Both the position numbers and the translations under genes were made by a program. A stretch of DNA of 64,000 nt from Histomonas meleagridis 2922-C6/04-290x (Eukaryota > Protista > Parabasalia). The stretch spans positions 53,181-117,180 of the forward strand of contig JAANOX010000091.1 in NCBI GenBank assembly GCA_020184695.1, written 5' to 3'. Positions 56,298 to 64,000 of this stretch are shown piece after piece. The stretch's first letter is position 1. The number at the start of each line of letters is the position of its first letter. The notes under the pieces were generated by a model. It saw only the letters and a program-made list of their open reading frames with translations, was not told the DNA's origin and did not search any database.

Positions 56298-59200
56298 ATG
56301 GCGTCATATGTAGATTTTTTAATAATGTTTCCAATCTTTGTTGTATCCATACTTTCTCTTCCTCTATACAATGAAGAATGCGACTTTAAATGTTGGATCA
56401 GAAAGTTGAATATTACAATTGATCAAATCCAAACAAATTTTTCAACATCATTTCTTGGGATGGATTTTGGATTTAATATCACAGTTTTCGACCTTCTTAT
56501 CAACAACCTTGATCTTACAGATATAAAAGCAACATTTACTCCAGATCCTCAAAAAGTTGAAAAAGGTATTATTGTTAATGTTGTTTTATCTGCTGAAGCC
56601 AAAGGAGATGTTCATGTTAACCAAACAGAAGGAGGCGACTTCATCAACTTAGCAGGAAAATTTGATGCAATTGCATCTAAAACTGCTATTCAATTAGGTC
56701 TTGAATTCGTTAAAGGTCCTGATGGTCTCATTGAAACTGTTGATGCCATTGCCGACACATGTAATGTTCAAATTGGTTCTTTAACAGCAGATATAACAAT
56801 TCCTACAGAAGAATGGCTTCAATGGCTTGTTGATCTTCTCAAAGATCCCATCATTGATCTTCTTAAAGATTATATTGGTCCAATGGTATGTAAATCAGCT
56901 CCTGCAGCAATTGGTGATGCCATGACCAAAGTTTTCAATATGACAAACACTGTTATTCGACCATTCCTTAATGAAACCTCGCCCATACTTATCCCTGTTG
57001 GGTCCAATATGTATGATCTTCGTAAATCACCAATTATTAATGCGGTCCGATTTCTCTCATCCAAACTTATAGGCATTAATGGACCATTAAATCTTAATGT
57101 CCTTATGAATAAGTTTTCAAACAACACTGGCTTTATTAGTATTCGCCAACTTATCCAACAATTTGGAGTATCAATGCCATTTAAGTTTAGTGTACCAATC
57201 CAATCATTAAATGCATCGATTAACTTATCACTTAATGAACTTAACTTTTCAGGCATGAACACATGGAATGAGTTTAATTTCATTGATCCAATTGATGCAT
57301 ATACACTTGACACACATACGGGTATGGAAGAATTGGGAATTAACTTAAGTTTCACAATCAATGTCAGTGCTGATGGATCAATCATTAGTACCGGCGAAAC
57401 ATTTTTATCAGAAGCAGGAGATTTAGATATGATATTACATAACAACTCGATGAATATGCGCTTACAAGTTGCATCGCCAGTAGGCGCAGGTGTTAATTAT
57501 ACGAATACACAATGTACTGATATTAATTGTTTAAAGAATTTACTATCTACAGAAGGTACAGGCTCAACATATTTGAAATTTATTACATCGATTGAAAGTA
57601 TTAATTTAATAGCAAGCAAACAAGACATGGAAGTTAAAATCCGAGAGTTTATTAATAACATTGTTAAATTATTTGTTGAGAATTATCGGGAAATAATTCC
57701 ACCATTTTTAAATTCATATATTAATACATATGTATTACAAATAGTTAATGAAAAATTAAATCAACTTTTAATTAATGAAAATGATTGTCCTTATTTACCA
57801 GATCCACCATATAATGAATTTGTAGCATGGACAACACTTTTAGCTGTTGGCGTTGGCGCAGGATTAGTTTTTATTATGTTAATAATTGTATTAATAGTAC
57901 AAAAATGTCGAAAGAACGAAACCAATTTAAATTCATCATTAATGACGTCGATTAATGAAGATGGAATGTATACCAATGAAACTACAGATATTAAATCATC
58001 ATCGAATACATACAGTTTAATAATGTCACCCAAGTTATCAATATTTGTACGAATATTAATGCCATTTTTAATCTGTATGAACATTGCATTATTTGTCTCA
58101 TCTAATACAGGCATTGGAGCATCTGTTTTTATTAAGTTTGCAGTCGGATCAAAGATAGTTTCATTACCATCAATGTTTGATTTTGGTTTAATTAATTCTA
58201 TAGTTGATATGTGGAAAGCTAAAGCATATGCGTTATCAATTCTTGTAGCAGTCATGTCATGTGCATGGCCATATTTGAAGTTATTATTAATGTTATTAAT
58301 ATGGATATTACCCACCAAAATCTTAAGTAAGAAACGTCGTGAAAGTTTCCTTAAATTACTTGATGCGTTAGGTAAATGGTCATTATTAGATTCATATGTC
58401 ATGATCTTAATGTTAGTAGCATTTAATATGAAATTAAAGATACCAGAAGTCGAAGATGATATTAATGGCGACTTTACAATCTTCTTATGGGTATATCCAG
58501 CATATGGATTTGTTACATTAATGATTGGTACATTATTCTCATTATTATTATCACATATAATATTGGCTATCGATCGTTATGTCGATGATTCTATGGAAGA
58601 TATCGATACTGATGAAGAAAAAGTCACTTTGTTTAAGTTATGTAAAAGTGGCTTCTTACGATGGTTTACAACGATTATGTTATTTGGAGTCTTTTTCGCT
58701 ATTATTGCAGGAATTTATTTCAAGTCATTTTCATTTAACTTTGTAGGCTTATTAGGTTGGGCTATGAGTTTAATACCAATTGCAAATTATAATGAATATT
58801 CAGTATTAAACTTAGCAATCGATTTACCTGAAGCAGCAGAATATCCAAATTCATTTGGGTTACGATTCACACAAGTATTATATCTTATTGTAACCATAGT
58901 AATGCCAATGATACATATTTTGACAATGATAATATTATGGTTAACTCCATTAAAACGTAAAATACAAAAAGGTTTATATAAAACTTGCGAAGTTATGTAC
59001 GCATGGAGTTGTTTGGACGTGTTCGTAATCGCAGTGTTAGCAGCTGTGCTCGAAATCTCACAATTCGCACAGTTTATGGTCGGAGACAAATGCGATATGA
59101 TAGACCCAATAGTGCAACAATACTTTAGCCAAGAAGAATATGTTAAAGGGCACGAGACTTGCTTCCAAGTGATTACAGTGCTACTAAAGGGCGCGTACAT

Positions 59201-59339
59201 AATGGTTGGCGCAGCGGTGATGCACGACTTGACAACAATTGTGGTGAACATCGTGGCAAGAAGATCATTGGAGGGAAAGAAGGAGGACGAAATGGAAAAT
59301 GATAAAACCAGCCAAAAAGGTATCGAATATAACGCTTAA
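56298..59339 (+). CDS. Membrane protein with a large lumenal N-terminal region and two PqiA (paraquat-inducible A)-like domains
   Basis: Motifs LDALGKWSLLDSYVMILM and YAWSCLDVFVIAVL match PqiA WSxLDxF/Y. It has a signal-like N-terminus and many TM segments. Confidence 0.75.
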   Translation: MASYVDFLIMFPIFVVSILSLPLYNEECDFKCWIRKLNITIDQIQTNFSTSFLGMDFGFNITVFDLLINNLDLTDIKATFTPDPQKVEKGIIVNVVLSAEAKGDVHVNQTEGGDFINLAGKFDAIASKTAIQLGLEFVKGPDGLIETVDAIADTCNVQIGSLTADITIPTEEWLQWLVDLLKDPIIDLLKDYIGPMVCKSAPAAIGDAMTKVFNMTNTVIRPFLNETSPILIPVGSNMYDLRKSPIINAVRFLSSKLIGINGPLNLNVLMNKFSNNTGFISIRQLIQQFGVSMPFKFSVPIQSLNASINLSLNELNFSGMNTWNEFNFIDPIDAYTLDTHTGMEELGINLSFTINVSADGSIISTGETFLSEAGDLDMILHNNSMNMRLQVASPVGAGVNYTNTQCTDINCLKNLLSTEGTGSTYLKFITSIESINLIASKQDMEVKIREFINNIVKLFVENYREIIPPFLNSYINTYVLQIVNEKLNQLLINENDCPYLPDPPYNEFVAWTTLLAVGVGAGLVFIMLIIVLIVQKCRKNETNLNSSLMTSINEDGMYTNETTDIKSSSNTYSLIMSPKLSIFVRILMPFLICMNIALFVSSNTGIGASVFIKFAVGSKIVSLPSMFDFGLINSIVDMWKAKAYALSILVAVMSCAWPYLKLLLMLLIWILPTKILSKKRRESFLKLLDALGKWSLLDSYVMILMLVAFNMKLKIPEVEDDINGDFTIFLWVYPAYGFVTLMIGTLFSLLLSHIILAIDRYVDDSMEDIDTDEEKVTLFKLCKSGFLRWFTTIMLFGVFFAIIAGIYFKSFSFNFVGLLGWAMSLIPIANYNEYSVLNLAIDLPEAAEYPNSFGLRFTQVLYLIVTIVMPMIHILTMIILWLTPLKRKIQKGLYKTCEVMYAWSCLDVFVIAVLAAVLEISQFAQFMVGDKCDMIDPIVQQYFSQEEYVKGHETCFQVITVLLKGAYIMVGAAVMHDLTTIVVNIVARRSLEGKKEDEMENDKTSQKGIEYNA

Positions 59340-59479
59340 GAAGTAACGAATTTGTTTTGATTTGCGATTTTAATGTTTGTTATTTTACGGAAAATAATAA
59401 ACAAATTGTTGTATCCAAACGTTTTTTTTTTGTTGTTCTTCATGTGAATGTATAACAGTGAGATAAAGTTAACGGCGAA

Positions 59480-59726
59480 GAATGATCCAATGGTCAATGC
59501 AAATGAAACGAAAACTTGGAAGTGACATCACAGCGGAATTTCACATCTAATCAAACAGTCTGTTTATGAAAGATGTGCATATGTTGATCAAATGGCATTT
59601 ATTGGTTATGCAGCATTTTTTGGATCAGTTAAATGTTTTAAATAATTCTTGGTTAGTGAATAAGGGTAAATATGCATTTGAAGGAGGAAATCTTGAAATT
59701 ATTCATTTGTGTGAAAATAAAAATAG
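59480..59726 (+). pseudogene. DUF3447 fragment (locus F)
   Basis: YERCAY, GYAAFFGSVKCFK* and GKYAFEGGNLEIIHLCEN, with stops and deletions. Confidence 0.75.
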
Positions 59727-60677
59727 ATGAAATTATTTATGATTTAATTAAAAGGCATAATGTTTTTTTCAAAATGCTTCTTTGCGAAGTTCGCACTTAG
59801 TGTTGCAACTTTCAAGAAGAAATATCGTATAATACATTTGATAATTTCTGAGCAAAGGGGAATTAATTTCTTGGAACCATCATAATCTGTTAAAAATATA
59901 TATTCTAACCTATTTATACTATATATTAAACTCGACTTGTGATTTCCACCCATCGTATATAGCGATCATCCTGGATATATAACATATATACATAGTTACA
60001 TCTATGATTAATAAAAAACTAAGAATAATATCATAATTAGCACGAGATAAATTTATTCTTTCATTCCAAAAAGTGGCAAAAATCGACTTTTGCATGGTTT
60101 ATATCGAACGATAGATACAACGATAAGTGACGATAGGAGCGAATTTGAATGATGGTAAATATTATCAAAATTTTACCCTTTTCTTGATAAGATACGTTAT
60201 TTATTTTCATCATTGTAATTCGTCAACAGCCAAATTAAATGATTCTTGGTTTGTTAAAATATAAAAATATTGATATTTTATCATAGAATCGTGATTAAGT
60301 TATTTATTCTCAAATGATTATATGAAATCTTGATTTTTTTGAATTTATGAATTTATTGAAAAAATAAATGATGTTATTTTCGAGATACCTTAATGATGTA
60401 CTTATATAACCTGATTAATAATTTATTATCAATGAAATAGTTTCTGTGTAAGTACACATTCTTGAGATATCTTAGTATATACGATACATTTTTTTCATTG
60501 AAAAAACGATTAGTGATCATTGAATTTATTCGATGATTTTTTTTTTCTTTTTTGTATTAGCAAAATGTTCAATTTTATTGAATGCATATATATACAAATG
60601 CAATTTGCACATTATCTTCAAAATACTGACTTGAGATGCATTTATCGATTCCTTTCGTCTCATATTACTCATGTGCT

Positions 60678-62182
60678 GGTTGGACGGGAAATGGTCCTCG
60701 GATTTTGTTGTAAAAATACGATACAGTGATTTCTAAACATTGGTGGTTATTTTCTTAAGACGACGATCACGAAGGTTTTACGTATTCAATATTCCCTATC
60801 GTAGATATAACCGTTGCTACTGGACGATATATTTTTTTCTGTGAATTATCGTTCATCTGTCAGAATAATTATGCAAAGGGACCCTTCATCGAACGTTAAA
60901 AATTAAAAAAGAATTGTTGAATAATCCACAATTATCAAAGCAATTGAATAAACGTAACAAATCCATGACCAAATGACATCTTTTCAGAAAGTTATGTATC
61001 AAGTTTCTCAATCAGATGAAAAATTCATAAAATGGGCTTCTAGGGTTCAGCTTATACCAAGTGTAAACCAGATGCGAATATGTAAAAGATGCTGCGGGCT
61101 TATGGATGTCTTTTATTCACCATTTGTCCCTGATGGTGCTATTTGGAGATGCAGCGATTATCAATGCTCAACGACATATTCTATCAGAGGTTACTCATGG
61201 GCATCCAATTCAACATTATTACTTAAAAAAATAGCCCAAATAATTGCATTTTGGGCAGATGATAGAACAGTCAAAGATACAGCCAAAGACCTTAATTTGA
61301 ATCCAAAAACAATCACAAGCTTTTTTCAAAAATTTAGGAGTTTTGCGATGCAACATTATCTTAATGATATTGCATTGCATTATCTTGGCGAAACCAATGG
61401 TATTGTACAAATTGATAAATCTCACTTCTTTAAAGCCATATATAATCGTGGTTCATCATTGAGTAAACCTCAAATATGGGTATTTGGGAATTGACTCACA
61501 AGCAAATCGAGTAGCATTGCAAGTATGTGAAGATCGTACTGCTAAAACATTAATTCAAATTATTCAATCGGTAGTGTATCCAAATTTAACAATCTGGAGT
61601 GACCAATGGAAATCATATGAAAACATTCAGACATATGGATTTGATCATGAGACTGTGAACCACAAAGAAAATTTCTTTGACCCCCTTACAGGTGTCAATA
61701 CACAAAAAATTGAAGCAACATGGAATGTTGTCAAAAAATGGCTCATTAAAAAATCTTATACCAATAGGGAATGGTTAGATTCTTACCTCCATGAATTTTG
61801 CTTCAGGATAAACTTGGCATCAACATTTGCTCATTGCTGGAATGCAATAGTTAATGAGGTTGAGGAATGAATTTCAAAAAATAAGTAAAAACCCATTTTG
61901 AAAAATTATTGTTAAAAACAAATATCTTATTAGATCTGTTGGTCAATGCACAGATAATCGATAAGTAACAACCAGCATATATTGGGGTGATGTGTATAAT
62001 ATCATTTGGCTTGTTGTATAGTTCTGATGGTTAATGAGAGTGATGCATTCCTATCAACTGCATTGACTTTATTTTTTAACTGTTCATAGCTAGACTTGAT
62101 AACTTTGATGACCACAACTATTTCAAATAAAAAACAACAAATATTTTTACAACTAAATCCGAGAACCATTTCCCGTCCAACC
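60678..62182 (+). mobile_element. Merlin-superfamily (IS1595/ISXO2-like) DNA transposon, 1505 bp
   Basis: 41-bp TIRs start with GG (60678-60718 and 62142-62182, 39/41 identical). An 8-bp TSD CATGTGCT lies at 60670-60677 and 62183-62190, flanking an internal transposase. Confidence 0.93.
60973..61870 (+). pseudogene. Merlin DDE transposase, single frameshift near 61484-61494
   Basis: VQIDKSHF, IWSDQWKSY, HETVNH, VNTQKIEATW and YLHEFCFR motifs. WVFG|GID is split across two frames at a G run. Confidence 0.88.
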
Positions 62183-62190
62183 CATGTGCT

Positions 62191-63458
62191 TTCAAATTTT
62201 AAATATACTCCATTTTTCAATTAATTTGACATTCTAAACTGAGTTTATGAATCTGGGCTGTCGGTTTTATTGAAATTCGTTTGAAATAAAGACGATAAGC
62301 GATGGTTCTCAGAAAACATGTTTCCAAAATCCTCAGAATTTCTGAAAAGGTATCAGAATTATTTTATTGAAAATTACTTTTTGAGCAGCCCAATTTTATT
62401 TTGCATGAAAATTTTCAACTTTGTCAAAAAAACATGGGTTGCAAAAATTTTTTTCAATTTTATTTTTCGGTCTCCCCAACTTAGTACACCACCGTCCATA
62501 TGGTGGTGGGGTTTTTTTGTTCCACTTCGCTAATTTCTTCAAAATATATTGTTGTTCGGATTCAGTAAATTCCTTTAACCTTTGTTGAAGCCATCGAAGT
62601 GTACATTTTGCACTATGTGCAGGTGCACCGTTTTGAATAAAGATGTAATTATTTGAGTTTAAATTTAACATTCCGCTGGAAATAATGTTTTTTTCGATAA
62701 TTTACAGCATCAATTGAAGTATCACGATTAACCAAATTACTTTTGAAGTTCAATCCAATGGCAGCATAAATCATTATGCCGTTTTGAAATTTGCTTAAAT
62801 TAGAATATATTGATACATTATTCCTCCCAGATATGTACCAGACGTATTTTTTATCTGATTCCTGGCAAAATCTACTCTCATCTGAATGAATAAATTTTTC
62901 AACTTCAATTTGATTTCCAATCAAAGACCAACAAAATTTTAAACGATTTTCTTTTTGAATTCCGTTTAAGTTTGGACGCTTTTTTGGCGGCCTATATTTG
63001 TAACCAATAAAACTTAAAGCTTCGGATAATGTGGATTTTGATACTCGTGTTTTTGTTTGCATATAAATTTCATCCCCTATCTGTTCTAAAGTATGTCTTC
63101 CATTTTTACTGAGTATATCATCAATAATTTTTAATTTATTCTCATTCATTGGATTCAGGTCTTCCTAGAGGTTTAGCATGGCACATGTAATCCTGGCCAT
63201 TATCAATAGAAGTATAAACTTTTCTAATCAAATCATGACTGATATGTTTTCCATTAAAATTCTGCTGCCTAGCTTCATGTTGCGACATACCTAGACTTTT
63301 AAACGTTGCTATTGCTTGAATTCGTGTCTTTTTTGAATCGATATCTTTTTTATATTTGATTGACATTGGAAAAATGTTTTGCATTTTTTACTTATATTTT
63401 GTATAGTTTATTAGTGTCACTTTTGATAACTTTTTGAACAATACAAATTTATAAACTG
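62191..63458 (-). mobile_element. Degenerate Tc1/mariner (IS630-Tc1-mariner) element
   Basis: Three frame-shifted ORFs carry an HTH-like N-terminus, FIHSDESRF, IYAAIG, FIQNGAPAH and a decayed SPD..IEKW. A candidate TA|CAGT end lies at 63455-63460. Confidence 0.75.
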
Positions 63459-64000
63459 TAATGTTGTTAATTTCTCTATTTTTCCGAATATGAGTCAATA
63501 CCACGGTTTTGAGTACGATACGAGCTGATTGAGTGATTTTTATACGTCCACTTCAAATTTGACTTTGAACCGCTTGAACATGTAGCATGATATCAATAAC
63601 TTAAAATCCGATTATAATCGTATATGGAGTTCATCATACGATCTTGATATTATAGATATATAATATATAAATACATAGTTGCATCTATAATTAATAAAAA
63701 ACTAAGAATATTATCATAAGAAATTAAAAATTCAGAGATTATTTGGGCAATGATGAAATATCATTTATTTAATTACATAAAATCTTGATATTAAATTCTT
63801 TTCAAACCTATCTAAAATATTAATAAACTCAAAAAAATCCAAATATATTGATGGCATATTAATGTAAATGTCCTATATAAGTTATTTTCGATATGTGAAT
63901 GCACATTCGGGCATATATTACCTATTAACCTAATTCAAATTTAGGTATCCCAAATAAAATTAAAGATGTACACACACACACACAGCGCTATGTGAGCTTC

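Larger units (their letters stand above)
59988..63719 (+). repeat. Dispersed direct repeat (49-bp core at 59988-60036 and 63671-63719)
   Basis: ATACATAGTT(A/G)CATCTAT(G/A)ATTAATAAAAAACTAAGAATA(A/T)TATCATAA is 46/49 identical between copies, with weaker similarity about 40-50 bp upstream. Confidence 0.85.

Noticed and set aside
31363-58402. Numerous antisense or alternate-frame ORFs inside GPI, VPS13, the kinase and the PqiA gene
   Set aside because: They are shadow ORFs of long coding regions with no motifs of their own.
63969-63985. Short (CA)n tract near the window end
   Set aside because: It is a simple microsatellite, not the ACTAACACACAG intron acceptor motif.

Overview
Very AT-rich eukaryotic DNA from a parabasalid protist (Histomonas/Tritrichomonas/Trichomonas-like). 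The assignment rests on trichomonad-type core promoters (M3 RRCSGTTD plus M5 CCTTT at both ribosomal-protein genes, Inr-like TCAYT at GPI and MGL), no recognised spliceosomal introns, and typical expanded families (DUF3447-ankyrin, BspA-like LRR, TM cyclase-like, RabX). Recognisable genes: RPS3A, RPL22, importin-beta-like HEAT protein, GPI, VPS13, methionine gamma-lyase, SPT4, TVP23, Tctex-1, a Rab, a CAMK-family kinase and a PqiA-domain membrane protein. The right end holds a Merlin (IS1595-like) transposon with TIRs and an 8-bp TSD, apparently nested in a decayed Tc1/mariner element. The main observation concerns the DUF3447-ankyrin genes. Their ankyrin repeats are encoded as separate, open 87-90 nt modules, each separated from the next at the same codon (the D/N-x-x-G-x-T hairpin loop) by a U-rich intervening sequence. 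These spacers contain stop codons, lack GT-AG ends, are built from a 20-nt unit, and have lengths near multiples of 20 (80, 80, 83, 80, 63, 81, 80 at the best locus; 120, 80, 122 at others). Removing all but the first 6 and last 6 nt of each spacer rebuilds canonical ankyrin loops such as AKNIYGMTALH. This suggests an undescribed non-spliceosomal intron, translational-bypass or DNA-excision system. The mechanism is inference and needs RNA or peptide data.
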